Source: an uncultured Candidatus Rokubacteria bacterium
Lineage (GTDB): Bacteria > Methylomirabilota > Methylomirabilia > Rokubacteriales > CSP1-6
Length of the DNA stretch: 64,000 bases
Assembly (NCBI GenBank): GCA_963754315.1
Contig: CAVWFS010000019.1
Span: 416,001 to 480,000 of the forward strand
Direction: 5' to 3'
Every line of letters starts with the position of its first letter. Positions within the stretch are counted from its first letter, which is position 1. The notes under the pieces are model-generated. The model saw only the letters and a list, made by a program, of their open reading frames with translations. It searched no databases and had not been told where the DNA came from. The position numbers and the translations under genes were made by a program. Of this stretch, positions 21,945 through 32,606 are shown piece after piece.

Positions 21945-23660
21945 CTAGCCGAACATGCCCCCCATTCTGGTGCCCGCGATGCGGTTGACGACGAGCAGGC
22001 TCACCCCCGCCACAGCGACGAGGATGACTCCGAGCGCGGCGGCCTCGCTCGCGCTCCCGGCGATGTAGAACGAGAAGATGCCGACCGTGATGGTCTCCCA
22101 CCCTCCGAGGGACAGGAAGAGCACGGCCGAGGCCTCTTGCAGCGATGTCATGAAGGAAAAGAGGCCGCCCACCAATACCCCGCGCCAGATGAGCGGGAGG
22201 GTGACGTCGCCAAACGTGCGCAGGCCGGAGGCGCCGACGCTGGCGGCGGCCTCCTCCATTGAGCGATGCACCAGCAGGAGTGAGGCATAGGAGCCGCGCA
22301 CCGTGTAGGGTAACCGGCGAATCGCCAGCACGAGGGGCAAGATGATCCAGAAGCTCGTGAGCGGGCGCCCGAGGCCAGGCACGTCCACGTGGAAAGCCCG
22401 GATGTACGCGATTCCGATGGCGGTTCCCGGAATGGCCAAGATGAGCGTGTTCAGCGCGTCCAGGGTGCCCCGACCGGGCAGCCGCGTCCGGGCCAGAATC
22501 CAGGCAATGGGCACTCCGACCACGATGCACAGCAACACGGCCAGCAACGCATAGAGCAGGCTGTTCAGGATGTAGCGCGGGGTCTCGACGATCACCCGCT
22601 CGAAGTGCTGGAACGTGTAGTGGACGGGGAGCGGGGTGAGCGCCCACCCCTTGCCTACCGAGGCTAGCAGCACTCCCAGGTAAGGAAGGAACGCCAGCAG
22701 CATGACCACGCTCAGGAACGCGACGACCGCCGTCTGGGCGAGCGGCGATAGCCGTCGGCGGGCGATGCGCGAGTACGACAGGGACGAGTAGTCCTTGATG
22801 GCAACAAACTGTCGGGCGGCCACCAGGAACAGCACCGCCAACCCGACCATGATGGCGGAGATCACGATGCCCATGCGGAACAGCCGCCGGTCCACGAACT
22901 GCACGATGTTGAGGTAGGCCTGCGCGGCCAGGAGGTCATGCACGCCGAGCACGAGCGGCGTAGCAAAATCCGAGAAGGTCCAGATGAAGACGAGCAGCGC
23001 TCCCGCCACGTAGCCCGGTGTGGTGAGGGGCAAGGTGATGGTGCGGAGCTTTCGCCAGCCCCGCGCCCCCACACTCTCCGCCGCTTCCTCGAGGGCGGGA
23101 TCGATCTTGCCCAGCGCATCCACCACGTTGAGCGTGATCATCGGGAAGAGGTGGAGCGTTTGCACCAGCAGGACGCCGTGGACCCCGTACACGAAGTTGA
23201 GCGGCTTGGCGAGGTCGAAGGCGTCCATGAGGAGCACGTTGACGGTGCCCGCCCGGCCCAGGATGAAGGTGAACCCGAGCACGCCCACCAGCGGCGGCGA
23301 GACGATGGGAAGCAGAGTGAGGTAGCCGAACAGATCGCGACCACGAAAGTCACAGCGGACGAGCAAGAAGGCGATGGCGAAACCCAGCAGGGACGTGGTG
23401 GCCACCGTCCCCAGCCCTAGGACGAGCGAGTTCCACAGCGACCGTCGGTAGAAGCCGTCGCGCGCGAACTCCACAAAATTGGCGAGGGTGAGACGGCCCG
23501 CCTCATCACTGAAGGCGTCGTAGAAGACCCGGAGCAGCGGGTAGACGAGAAACACGGCCAGGAACAGCCAGATGGCGCCGACGCCGAGCGCCGGCAGCGC
23601 GGTGGCTGCCCGGAGCCGGGCGGGCGCGGCCGCCGGGGCCCCCGCCGCAAGGTCAGGCAT
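21945..23660 (-). CDS. Fe3+/FbpB-family ABC permease (duplicated domain)
   Basis: Two EEAA.S.GA loops, about 12 TM. Confidence 0.9.
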   Translation of the reverse strand: MPDLAAGAPAAAPARLRAATALPALGVGAIWLFLAVFLVYPLLRVFYDAFSDEAGRLTLANFVEFARDGFYRRSLWNSLVLGLGTVATTSLLGFAIAFLLVRCDFRGRDLFGYLTLLPIVSPPLVGVLGFTFILGRAGTVNVLLMDAFDLAKPLNFVYGVHGVLLVQTLHLFPMITLNVVDALGKIDPALEEAAESVGARGWRKLRTITLPLTTPGYVAGALLVFIWTFSDFATPLVLGVHDLLAAQAYLNIVQFVDRRLFRMGIVISAIMVGLAVLFLVAARQFVAIKDYSSLSYSRIARRRLSPLAQTAVVAFLSVVMLLAFLPYLGVLLASVGKGWALTPLPVHYTFQHFERVIVETPRYILNSLLYALLAVLLCIVVGVPIAWILARTRLPGRGTLDALNTLILAIPGTAIGIAYIRAFHVDVPGLGRPLTSFWIILPLVLAIRRLPYTVRGSYASLLLVHRSMEEAAASVGASGLRTFGDVTLPLIWRGVLVGGLFSFMTSLQEASAVLFLSLGGWETITVGIFSFYIAGSASEAAALGVILVAVAGVSLLVVNRIAGTRMGGMFG

Positions 23661-24714
23661 CGGGCAGGGGCAGAACGACGGACGGCGGAAAGGTCAACGT
23701 CACCGTCTGACCGATGGGCAGTAGATCGTGATGCCAGGGGTCCCGCACGTCCACCTTGAGCACGGTGTCCCCCGCCGCCTGCACGTCGTAGCGGAGCGTG
23801 TTGCCGAGGTACGAGGCCAGCACGATGGTGCCGACCACGGCATTGACGTCCGGACTACCGAGCGCGATATTCTCGGGACGCACGGCCAGCACACAGCGGT
23901 CGCCTGGCCCGAGGCCGTTGCCGGCGCGCGTCTGCAGGCGGCCGAGGGGCGTCTCGACCTCGAGCCACTCACCGCGGCGATCCTGCGCGACACCAGGGAC
24001 GATGTTGTTGGTCCCCACGAAGTCGGCCACGAAGCGCGTGAGGGGCCGCTCGTAGAGCTCCTTGGGAGCCGCCACCTGCAGTACGTGCCCGTCGCGCATG
24101 ACGGCGACGCGATCGGAAAGCGACAGCGCCTCCTCCTGATCGTGGGTCACGTAGATCGTGGTGATCCCCAGCGACTGCTGAAGCGTGCGGATCTCCGTGC
24201 GTACCTGGACCCGAATCTTCGCGTCGAGATTGGAGAGCGGCTCGTCGAGCAGGAGAATGTCGGGGTTGAGAACGAGAGCACGGGCCAGGGCCACTCGCTG
24301 TTGCTGGCCGCCCGAGAGCTGTCCGGGATACCGGTCTTCCAATCCTTGTAGGTTGACCTTGGCCAGCCCCGCGCTCAAACGGTCGGCGATCACAGCTGAG
24401 GACAGGCGGCGCAGGCGAAGCCCGTACGTCACATTGCCGCGCACCGTCATATGCGGCCACAGGGCGTAGTTCTGGAAGACCATGCCGATGTTGCGTTCGT
24501 AGGGAGGCAAGGCATCGACCCGACGGGCGCCGAACCAGATCTCGCCGGCCTCCGGCATGGAGAACCCGGCCAGGAGCCTCAACAAGGTCGTCTTGCCGCA
24601 CCCCGACGGGCCGAGCAGGGTGAACAGCTCGCCGTCGGCGACGTCGAGGGACACGGCATCGACGGCGCGCACACTGCCGAAGCGCTTGGTCAGCGCCTGG
24701 ACGCGAATCCTCAG
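23653..24714 (-). CDS. FbpC/PotA-family ABC ATPase with TOBE domain
   Basis: GPSGCGKT, LSGGQQQR, DEPLSNLD; similarity extends to CTG 24714, whereas the first canonical start is 24672. Confidence 0.92.
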   Translation of the reverse strand: MRIRVQALTKRFGSVRAVDAVSLDVADGELFTLLGPSGCGKTTLLRLLAGFSMPEAGEIWFGARRVDALPPYERNIGMVFQNYALWPHMTVRGNVTYGLRLRRLSSAVIADRLSAGLAKVNLQGLEDRYPGQLSGGQQQRVALARALVLNPDILLLDEPLSNLDAKIRVQVRTEIRTLQQSLGITTIYVTHDQEEALSLSDRVAVMRDGHVLQVAAPKELYERPLTRFVADFVGTNNIVPGVAQDRRGEWLEVETPLGRLQTRAGNGLGPGDRCVLAVRPENIALGSPDVNAVVGTIVLASYLGNTLRYDVQAAGDTVLKVDVRDPWHHDLLPIGQTVTLTFPPSVVLPLPDA

Positions 24715-25835
24715 GGTTTCTTCCAGACGGCCTCGATGTCCCCTCGAAACCGCGTCTTCAGCGCCTCCGACCGCTTGGCGGCCACGGCCTCGTCGTAGAC
24801 GTTCAAAACCTCACGGTCGAAGTACGACCGCACACCGCCCGTGAACTCCACCGCCATCTCGGCGGTGGATCCGGGCGCCCCCTGGACCTTGTACTTGGGG
24901 GTGATGGGAAAGAGGCCGCGATCCATGAACACGCGCTGCCCGCGCTCGCTCAGCAGGAACTCGATGAAGGCCCGGGCGGCCTTTGGATTGCGCGAGCCGG
25001 CCAGGATCGCCATGGGCTCGGGTGTCACGAACGAATAATCGGGGGCCACGAACTTGATATCGAACCCGGCCAGCTTCTCCTCGAAGGCCATATAGGACGG
25101 CACGGCAAACCCGGCCGCGAACTCACCCTTGGCCACGACGGTGGGAACGTCACGGCTTCGCGCCGTGAAGAACCCGGTGTTGTCGGCCAGCTTCTTCAGC
25201 CACTCCCACCCCTTGTCCTCGCCGTGGAGAGAGAGGATGACCTCGTACGTCGCGTTGGACGAGGAGGACCTGGTGGGCGCGCACTGGGCGACCTCACCCT
25301 TCAGCTTCGGATTGAGCAGGTCGTCCCACTTCACCAGCGCCGGTACCCCCAGTCGCTGGATCTTCTTGGGATTGAAGACGAGCCCATATGGCTCGAGGGC
25401 CGTGCCTACCCAGTAGCCATCCTTGTCCTTGAGGGGAATGGGTTTGGGCTTGCCGATCGAGGCCGGGATGGAATCCCAGGCCTCCCGGGAGATCTCGACC
25501 TTTTGCAGGAGCTTCTGCTCGGCAAGCTTTTCGAAGAGGGCGGACTCGCCTCCCCAGAAGATGTCGGCCTCGGGTCTGCCCTTCCACTCCACGATGCGTC
25601 CGTAGGCCACCGGAGTTCCCGCGGGAATGGCGCTGACCTTGAGGGTAACGTTCCATCGCTCCTTGGCGTACTCCGCGAAGGCCTTGAGTGCCGCGTCGTG
25701 GATGAACTTCGAAACGGGGGTGATGAGGGCCAACTCGTTCTCGATGGGAGCTTGGGCGCTAGCCAGACCAGTCATACCCACGGCCAGCATCAAGACCACG
25801 CCCAGCTGGGCAATCCAGCAGGACAACTTCCTCAT
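24711..25835 (-). CDS. ABC solute-binding protein (AfuA/PgtC-like)
   Basis: Signal peptide ending ASA-Q; ADIFWGG, WDDLLNP, APTRSSS; SD AGGAG before ATG 25835. Confidence 0.85.
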   Translation of the reverse strand: MRKLSCWIAQLGVVLMLAVGMTGLASAQAPIENELALITPVSKFIHDAALKAFAEYAKERWNVTLKVSAIPAGTPVAYGRIVEWKGRPEADIFWGGESALFEKLAEQKLLQKVEISREAWDSIPASIGKPKPIPLKDKDGYWVGTALEPYGLVFNPKKIQRLGVPALVKWDDLLNPKLKGEVAQCAPTRSSSSNATYEVILSLHGEDKGWEWLKKLADNTGFFTARSRDVPTVVAKGEFAAGFAVPSYMAFEEKLAGFDIKFVAPDYSFVTPEPMAILAGSRNPKAARAFIEFLLSERGQRVFMDRGLFPITPKYKVQGAPGSTAEMAVEFTGGVRSYFDREVLNVYDEAVAAKRSEALKTRFRGDIEAVWKKP

Positions 25836-25892
25836 GTTGTGTCTCCTCGTTGAGTGCTCGTCCGGCACCCGAGATGATCCTATTCGCTCACA

Positions 25893-26096
25893 CTAGGGCC
25901 CCGCGGTCCGTTCGAGACCCTATTCGCACGCGTGTTACCGAGGGGCGCCCCGACCGCAGGGGAGCCTGGGGGTCCGTCGAGGCCCCACCGCACGCGTGTT
26001 CCCGAGGGGCGCCACGGGTCCCCCGGGGCGCCTCCGAGCGCGGGGGGGCCTGGGGGGGTCGTCGAGACCCCCCCTTATTTCGTCGAGGCCCCCCCA
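25893..26096. repeat. second, diverged cluster of the same palindromic repeat family
   Basis: CGCGTGTTCCCGAGGGGCGC...CCGAGCGCGGGGGGGCC core matches the 13.2 kb unit; terminal hairpin at 26052-26074. Confidence 0.88.
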
Positions 26097-26947
26097 TGTC
26101 TAACAGTCAGAGCGAGGTCGGGGCGGTCCGAGATGATGACATCCACGCGCGCCGCCATCGCCCGACGCAGGTCGGCCTCATCGTTCACGGTCCACGTCGC
26201 GAGCACGATGCCCGCCGCCCGCGCCGCCTCCACGACACCCTGATCGAGAACCCGATGGTCGATGCCGAGATGGGAGGCCCCGACCTCTTGCGCCCAGCGC
26301 ACGGCTTCACGGGCGGGAACGCGCTCCCGCTGCACCCGCGACTGTCCTACCAGGAGGGCGGTACGCATCGACGGCTCGAGGGCGCGGATCCGACGAACCG
26401 TCTCCCCCTCGAAGGCCATGATCACAGTCCGCTCGGCGACCCCATGAGCGCGCACCAGCGCGAGCACCTTTTCCTCGATGCCCCCATAGCGCTGGCGATC
26501 CGCGCCCACCTTGATTTCGAGCAACAGCCGAGCTCGGCTCGTGGCCAGCACGTCGAGCATCTGGGCCAAGGTGGGTATGGAATCAGCGGTCACCGCGCCG
26601 TCCCGCGCGCGCAGACGCAGCGAAGCGAGATCGGCGAGGCTTGCCTCGCTGAGGCGTCCCGTCCCCGTTGTCGTCCGCTCGAGGGTCGGATCGTGCAGGA
26701 TCACCACCTCGCCGTCACGGGTGAGATGAACGTCGGTCTCCAGAAAGTCGGCGCCGAGCGCGAGGGCGTTACGGAAGGCGGTCAGGCTGTTCTCTGGCCA
26801 CAAGAGTGCTCCGCCGCGATGGGCAGCCACCAGCGGGCCCGCTGTCTGGGCGGCAGCGAGCCCGCCGGCCGAGACCACCGCTGCCACGAGCCCGAGCAAC
26901 AGCCGCAGCCGCCGCTGTCGCCACGGGCTTGGCCGGCTGCCGGCCAT
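26075..26947 (-). CDS. glycerophosphodiester phosphodiesterase, exported
   Basis: Signal peptide; AHRGG..PENSL, ETDVH, HD, EIK, WTVND. Confidence 0.92.
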   Translation of the reverse strand: MAGSRPSPWRQRRLRLLLGLVAAVVSAGGLAAAQTAGPLVAAHRGGALLWPENSLTAFRNALALGADFLETDVHLTRDGEVVILHDPTLERTTTGTGRLSEASLADLASLRLRARDGAVTADSIPTLAQMLDVLATSRARLLLEIKVGADRQRYGGIEEKVLALVRAHGVAERTVIMAFEGETVRRIRALEPSMRTALLVGQSRVQRERVPAREAVRWAQEVGASHLGIDHRVLDQGVVEAARAAGIVLATWTVNDEADLRRAMAARVDVIISDRPDLALTVRHGGASTK

Positions 26948-27750
26948 CAGGCACCGCCCGGGGGGCGGGCAATGATGTCCGCCCGGTCCGTGATGATGAC
27001 GTCAACCCCGAGGCCTGCCAGCCGACGCATGTCTGCCTCGTCATTGACGGTGAACACCCCAATCCCGATGCCAGCCGTGTGCGCCGCCTCCACGACGGCC
27101 GCGTCGCACAGCGAATGGTGCAGCCCGAGATAGGTTACGCCCGCCGTGACCGCCCACCGCACGGCCTCGACCGGCCGCACACGAGCCTTCTCCACGTGAT
27201 GACGATCCACGAGCAAGACCGTACCTTGCCTGGGCGCGCGCGCACGGACCTCCGCCACCACGGCCGGGTTGAAGGCCATGAGCATCGAGCGTTCGCTCAC
27301 ACCGGCCGCCGCCAGTTCGTCCAGGATCATCTGCTCCAGCCCCTCGTAGCGTGGACCGGGGGTCACCCGCACCCCATCTTCCGACGGCACATATTGAACG
27401 GCCGGGCCCGGCGTCTTGATTTCCACCAGCAAGGCCACTCCGACGGGGGCGGCCAGCGCCAGTACCTCGGCCAGGGTCGGCACCCACTCCTGGGTAAGGG
27501 CGCCGCTCGTATCCCGCAGGCGCAGCGCGCGGAGCTCGGCGCTGGTGTGAGCCGCCACGGGGCCGGTGCCATTGGTGGTGCGGTCGAGGGTCGGGTCGTG
27601 GATCACCACCACGGTGCCGTCAGCAGCCTGGTGGACGTCCATCTCCAGCAGACGTGCCCCCGCCGCGATGGCGTTCTTGAAGGCGAGCAGGCTGTTCTCG
27701 GGCCAGAGGGCCGCACCGCCTCGGTGGGCGACGTAACGGGTTGGCGCCAT
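26947..27750 (-). CDS. ugpQ: glycerophosphodiester phosphodiesterase, cytoplasmic (UgpQ-like)
   Basis: AHRGG..PENSL, EMDVH, FTVND; no signal peptide. Confidence 0.88.
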   Translation of the reverse strand: MAPTRYVAHRGGAALWPENSLLAFKNAIAAGARLLEMDVHQAADGTVVVIHDPTLDRTTNGTGPVAAHTSAELRALRLRDTSGALTQEWVPTLAEVLALAAPVGVALLVEIKTPGPAVQYVPSEDGVRVTPGPRYEGLEQMILDELAAAGVSERSMLMAFNPAVVAEVRARAPRQGTVLLVDRHHVEKARVRPVEAVRWAVTAGVTYLGLHHSLCDAAVVEAAHTAGIGIGVFTVNDEADMRRLAGLGVDVIITDRADIIARPPGGA

Positions 27751-27751
27751 C

Positions 27752-28645
27752 TTACTTGTCGCTCTCGAGGAGGCCCTTCACGAACCAGCGCTGCATGAGC
27801 AAGATCACAAGCACAGGCGGGAGCAGCGCCATGATGGCGGCCGCCATCATGATGTTCCACTCGGGCACATGGGTGCCTGTGCGGGGAATGAGATCTTGCA
27901 GCCCGATGACCACCATCCGCATCGCCTCCGTGTTGGTGATCATCAGCGGCCACAGGTACTGGTTCCATCCGTAGATGAATAGCACCACGAACAGGGCGGC
28001 GATGTTGGTCCAGGACAGCGGGAGCAGGAACGACCACAGAAACCTGAGAGGACCCGCCCCGTCGATCTGGGCCGCCTCTGCCAGTTCGTTGGGCACCGTC
28101 TGGTAGAACTGCCGGAACAGGAAGGTGGCGGTGGCCGAGGCCATGAGGGGCACCGTGAGGCCCCAATAGGTGTTGAGCCATCCAAGGTTCCCGATCACCT
28201 CGAACGTCGACATGATGCGCACTTCGACGGGCAGCATCAAGGTGATGAGGATCATCCAGAACACCAGCGATTTTCCCCGGAAGTCGAAGTACACGATGGC
28301 GAAGGCGGACAGGAGCGAGATCGCGATCTTGCCCACCGCGGACACGACCGCCACCACCCCGCTATTCCAGAGCAGGCGCTCCATGTGCGACCGTCGCCAC
28401 GCTTCGCCATAGTTCGTCAGGGCATGGCTTGACGGGGTCAGGAGCGGGGGGCGGGCCAGGACCTCCTCCACCGTCTGGGTGGAGATGACCAGCGCGTAGT
28501 AGAGGGGAAAAGCGATGATGGCGACGCAGGCGAGGAGCATCAGATGAACGACGACCCGCCCCCAGGGGACCGGCCGTCGCTGGGCAGCCACGGTGCGCGG
28601 CAGGGTGTCGGCCCGCGAGCGGGCCAGCGTCGCGTCGGCACTCAA
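27752..28645 (-). CDS. ugpE: sn-glycerol-3-phosphate ABC permease
   Basis: ITLMLPVEVRI, PLMASATATFLFRQF, WNQYLWPL; TTG start overlapping the ugpA stop. Confidence 0.92.
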   Translation of the reverse strand: MSADATLARSRADTLPRTVAAQRRPVPWGRVVVHLMLLACVAIIAFPLYYALVISTQTVEEVLARPPLLTPSSHALTNYGEAWRRSHMERLLWNSGVVAVVSAVGKIAISLLSAFAIVYFDFRGKSLVFWMILITLMLPVEVRIMSTFEVIGNLGWLNTYWGLTVPLMASATATFLFRQFYQTVPNELAEAAQIDGAGPLRFLWSFLLPLSWTNIAALFVVLFIYGWNQYLWPLMITNTEAMRMVVIGLQDLIPRTGTHVPEWNIMMAAAIMALLPPVLVILLMQRWFVKGLLESDK

Positions 28646-29523
28646 TAGGTGACTCGTCGCTCCAGGAAGCGGAACTGCAGCGCGGTCAGGGTGATCACGA
28701 TGATCATGAGGATAACCGACTGGGCCGCCGAGGAGCCGAGGTTCAGCCCGATGAAGCCGTCCTTCCAGACCTTGTAGACGAGGATCTCGGTGGCCCTCCC
28801 CGGTCCGCCCTGGGTGACGGCGTGGATGACGCCAAAGGAGCCGAAGAAAGCAAAGATCAGGTTCACCACCATCAGATAGAAGGTGATCGGCGAGAGCAGG
28901 GGCAGCACGATCGATACGAATCGGCGGATCGATCCGGCACCGTCCACGCTGGCCGCCTCCAGCACCGACGTCGGGATGGCCAGCAACCCTGCCAGAAAGA
29001 ACGCGATGTTGTACCCCACCACGGTCCACGCGGTGGCTACGATGACCAGCAGCATGGCCACCCAGCCCTTGAGCAGCCAGTTGAAATCGTAGGAGGTGAC
29101 GAACGAGAGCCAGTACGGCAGCACGCCGTAGGAGGGGTGGAACATGAAGAGGAAGATGATGCCGGCGACGGGCGCGGCGATGCCGTACGGCCACAGCACG
29201 GCCGTCCGATAGGCGGTCAATCCCCGGATGTTCTGGGTGGCGAGCGCCGCCACGAAGAGGCCCCCGCCCACCGCGAGAGCCGTCACCCCGAAGCCAAAGA
29301 TGAAGCTGACCAGGATGGAGTGGTAGTACTCCGGGGACGCCAGGAGCTTGGCGAAGTTCTCCAGACCCACGAAGTACGACTTGTCGCCGAAGGGTGAGGT
29401 TCGGTAGACGCTCAAACGCACCGACTCAAAGGCGGGCCAGATGAAGAACACGATGGTCACCGCCACCTGCGGCAACACCAGCAGGTAGGGTAACCCCCGG
29501 TGTCGAAAAACCGTCCGCTTCAT
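28642..29523 (-). CDS. ugpA: sn-glycerol-3-phosphate ABC permease
   Basis: LPYLLVLPQ, EAASVDGA, TQGGPGRATEILVYKV. Confidence 0.93.
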   Translation of the reverse strand: MKRTVFRHRGLPYLLVLPQVAVTIVFFIWPAFESVRLSVYRTSPFGDKSYFVGLENFAKLLASPEYYHSILVSFIFGFGVTALAVGGGLFVAALATQNIRGLTAYRTAVLWPYGIAAPVAGIIFLFMFHPSYGVLPYWLSFVTSYDFNWLLKGWVAMLLVIVATAWTVVGYNIAFFLAGLLAIPTSVLEAASVDGAGSIRRFVSIVLPLLSPITFYLMVVNLIFAFFGSFGVIHAVTQGGPGRATEILVYKVWKDGFIGLNLGSSAAQSVILMIIVITLTALQFRFLERRVTY

Positions 29524-29538
29524 CGAGGATGACGGCCG

Positions 29539-30858
29539 CTAGGGCTTGTTGGCGGCCGCGAACTCCTTGAGGATATCGTTGCCCTTGGCCACGGCCGCCT
29601 CCAGCCCTTCCTTCGCCGTTTTCTTGCCGCCGAAGATGTTCTCGAGCTCCGCCTCGATGGCTTCCCGGATCTGGACGAAGTTGCCAAGGCGGATGCCCTG
29701 ACTGATGGGCGTGGGCTTGGCATTGAGCAGCGCGCTCATGGCGGTCCACTGGTCGGGGTTCTTCTTGAAGAAGTGGCCCTCCTCGAGGTTCTTGGTGGCC
29801 GCGCGCGTGATGGGCACGTAGCCGGTGGTGACCGCCCACCACATCTGCTGGTGCGGTTCGGCGATGAACTTCATGAAGCGGGCGACGCCCTTGTAGTCGG
29901 GGCCCTTCTGGCCTCGCATCACCCACAGGGTCCCCCCACCGACGATGGTGTTCTGCTTCTTGTAGGGAGGCCCCCAGTGGGGAAGCTGCCCGGTGCCCCA
30001 TTCGAACTTCACCGACTTCTTGAACCCCCCAATGACGGCCGAGGACTGGATGAGCATGGCGCAATCACCGTTGATGAACTTGGGATCGGGCTGCCCCATG
30101 CGGCCGCCGTATGAATAGACATTTTCCTTCTGCCACTTGGCGAGGGTGCCGATGTGCATGAGGCCAAACTCGCCATTGATGAGCAGCTTGGTGTCAAGAC
30201 CGGTGTAGCCGTTCTGATTGGTCGCGAACGCTTGATTGTGCCAGGGAAAGGTGTTCTCCAGCATCGTCCACGAGGGCCACGAGGTGGTGAAGCCGCACTT
30301 GGCGGCGCCGGCGGCCAGAACCTTCCGGGAGGCGGCCTCGACCTCCTTCCAGGTGGCGGGCGGCTTGTCGGGCAGACCCGCTTTCTTGAAGGCCTCCTTG
30401 TTGTAATACAGGATCGGGCTCGACGAGTTGAACGGCATGGAGTAGAGCTGCCCGTCCTTGGAGTAGTAGCCGACCACGGGACCGATGAAATCGTCCCAGT
30501 TGATGGCGACCTCCTGCTCCTTGAGCAACGTGTGGATCGGGTAGATCGCTCCCGACAGCAGCATGGTCTGGGTCCCCACGTCGAACACCTGGACGATGTG
30601 TGGGGGATTCTTCTGCCGATAGGCGGCGATGGCCGAGGTCAGTACTTCGGGATACGTCCCCTTCTGGAGAGCCTTGACCTCGAAGTCCGGCTGGCTCTGG
30701 TTGAACTGCTTCACCAGCTCGTTGACGGCCTCACCCAGTTGCCCCCCCATGGCATGCCAGAAATGGATTTCCGTCCGGGCCCAGGCGTATGCGGGCAAGA
30801 GCACAACGAGAGCAGCCACGACGAGGGCGTTGGCACCGCGCGTGATGACCCTGTGCAT
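29539..30858 (-). CDS. ugpB: sn-glycerol-3-phosphate-binding protein
   Basis: FWHAMGG, SMPFNSSSPILYYNK, GIRLGNF. Confidence 0.93.
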   Translation of the reverse strand: MHRVITRGANALVVAALVVLLPAYAWARTEIHFWHAMGGQLGEAVNELVKQFNQSQPDFEVKALQKGTYPEVLTSAIAAYRQKNPPHIVQVFDVGTQTMLLSGAIYPIHTLLKEQEVAINWDDFIGPVVGYYSKDGQLYSMPFNSSSPILYYNKEAFKKAGLPDKPPATWKEVEAASRKVLAAGAAKCGFTTSWPSWTMLENTFPWHNQAFATNQNGYTGLDTKLLINGEFGLMHIGTLAKWQKENVYSYGGRMGQPDPKFINGDCAMLIQSSAVIGGFKKSVKFEWGTGQLPHWGPPYKKQNTIVGGGTLWVMRGQKGPDYKGVARFMKFIAEPHQQMWWAVTTGYVPITRAATKNLEEGHFFKKNPDQWTAMSALLNAKPTPISQGIRLGNFVQIREAIEAELENIFGGKKTAKEGLEAAVAKGNDILKEFAAANKP

Positions 30859-30927
30859 GGGTCCCTCCTGATCTGAACTTCCGCGAACCGAGGCGATAGG
30901 AAGCCGCGAACCTCGACGACGGCGCCG

Positions 30928-30936
30928 ACTATAACA
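30928..30936 (-). promoter_or_regulatory. extended -10 promoter of the ugp operon (TGtTATAGT)
   Basis: Near-consensus motif about 70 nt upstream of ugpB. Confidence 0.55.
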
Positions 30937-30982
30937 CAGGCCACGCGCAGCCTGGCGTGACGGGCGGGAACGACGGAGACCC

Positions 30983-32606
30983 TTACGTCTTGAAGCGGTG
31001 CGAGCGGGCGACGTACGCCCGGTACGCCTCCAACTCAGCGTCCAGCCGTCGAGACGACCAACCTAGCAGGTCACGCATCCGCTGGCCGATGGGTTCGGCA
31101 CAATCGAGCCCCTGACAGGAACTGGTCCCGATGCCGGTACGCCGAAGCAGAAAATCTTGCAGCGACACCGCCCTCTCATCCTGCACGGCCAGGTGAAGCT
31201 GGGCGACGATATCCGCGTTCTGGGGACATAGCCGCTCGGCGCCATCGGGGACCTTGCCGGCCAAGGTCACCACGGACGGGTAGGCCCGCCCGTAGATCTG
31301 CACGAGCGTCTCGAGCGTGGCCGGAGGACAGTCCTGTCGTCGCCGCCTCCGTTGATACGTCGAGCCACGTGTGCGCCTCGACGGTGGCCACCTCTTCATC
31401 GGCGCCGTCCAGGCTGTAGCGCGCCGTCCGGCTCGGCCCTCCCCGTCCGAGCGTCCTGATCACCCGATCCCCGACCTCCTCGGCGAGGCTACGGAAGCAG
31501 GTGAGCTTGGTGCCGGTGATGGAGAGGAAGCGCCCATCCTCCTCGTCTACCACCTTGTGCTCGCGCGAGACGTTGGAAGCGCGCCGGCCTTCCTCGAAGC
31601 TCAACGGCCGCACACCCGCATAGGTATACGCGACGTGATCCGGATTCACCCGTGGATCGGGCAGGACTCGCCGCACTTCGTCCAGCAGGTAGTCCACCTC
31701 GGCTCGGGTCGCGTGCACGCGGTCGAGATCACCGTCGAAGTCCGTGTCGGTGGTTCCGACCAGTGAAAACTCGCGCCACGGGATGACGAAGACCATGCGG
31801 TCATCGGCGGTGCTGTGGTAGAGCGCGCGGGTGGTCAGCCGGGGCAGCAGGCAATGAATCCCCTTGGTGCGTCGGACAATGCGCGGCCCTCGTTCGAGGA
31901 CCCCCGCCTGTTCCCGGAACTGATCCACCCAGGGGCCGGTCGCATTCACGAGCAGGCGCGCTCGGAGCGTCGCCACCTGACTCGTGAGGAGATCACGGAC
32001 TTTGACGCCGGCCACCGAGCGACCGGGCCCGCGGATCACCTCTTCCACCTCGGTGTAATTGAAGGCGCGCCCGCCGTGGCGGCAGGCGGAGAGCACGTTC
32101 TCCAGACACAGACGCTCGGGATACACGAGGAGATCGTCGAAGTAGTAGCCGGCACCCCGGAGGCCTTCAGCGCGCATGGTCGGCTCGAGCCCGAGCGCGT
32201 CAGACGCCGAGAGGACACGATAGCGCTCACCGCCCCCGCCCGGTGTCAGCCACTGGTAGAGCTTCAGCCCGATACGGACCTTGACGAGACCCCGCGACGA
32301 ATCGCGGTGGATGGGAACGAGAAACGGCAGGGGGCGGACCAGGTGAGGCGCCAGACGTCGGAGGGTGGCGCGCTCGCGTAGCGACTCGCGCACGAGGGCG
32401 ACATCGAAGAGTTCGAGGTAACGAAGCCCACCGTGGATGAGCTTGGAGGATCGCGAGGTGGTGCCGGAGGCGAAATCCCCCTTCTCCACGAGCGCCACCG
32501 ACAGCCCGCGCAGTGCCAGCTCGCGCGCGATCCCGGCCCCCGCCATCCCGCCGCCCACGATGACGACGTCGAATTCGGCGTCGGTCAGCGAGTCGCGCCT
32601 CGTCAT
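30983..32606 (-). CDS. glpD: FAD-dependent glycerol-3-phosphate dehydrogenase, with a 1-nt frameshift near 31330
   Basis: GTTSRSSKLIHGGLRYL, NATGPW, VGTTD; C-terminal DFLLRRTG domain in the adjacent frame. Confidence 0.9.

Noticed and set aside
30881..30912. CCGCGAACC direct repeat in the ugpB leader as a PHO box
   Set aside because: No resemblance to the PhoB consensus, and short GC-rich repeats are expected by chance
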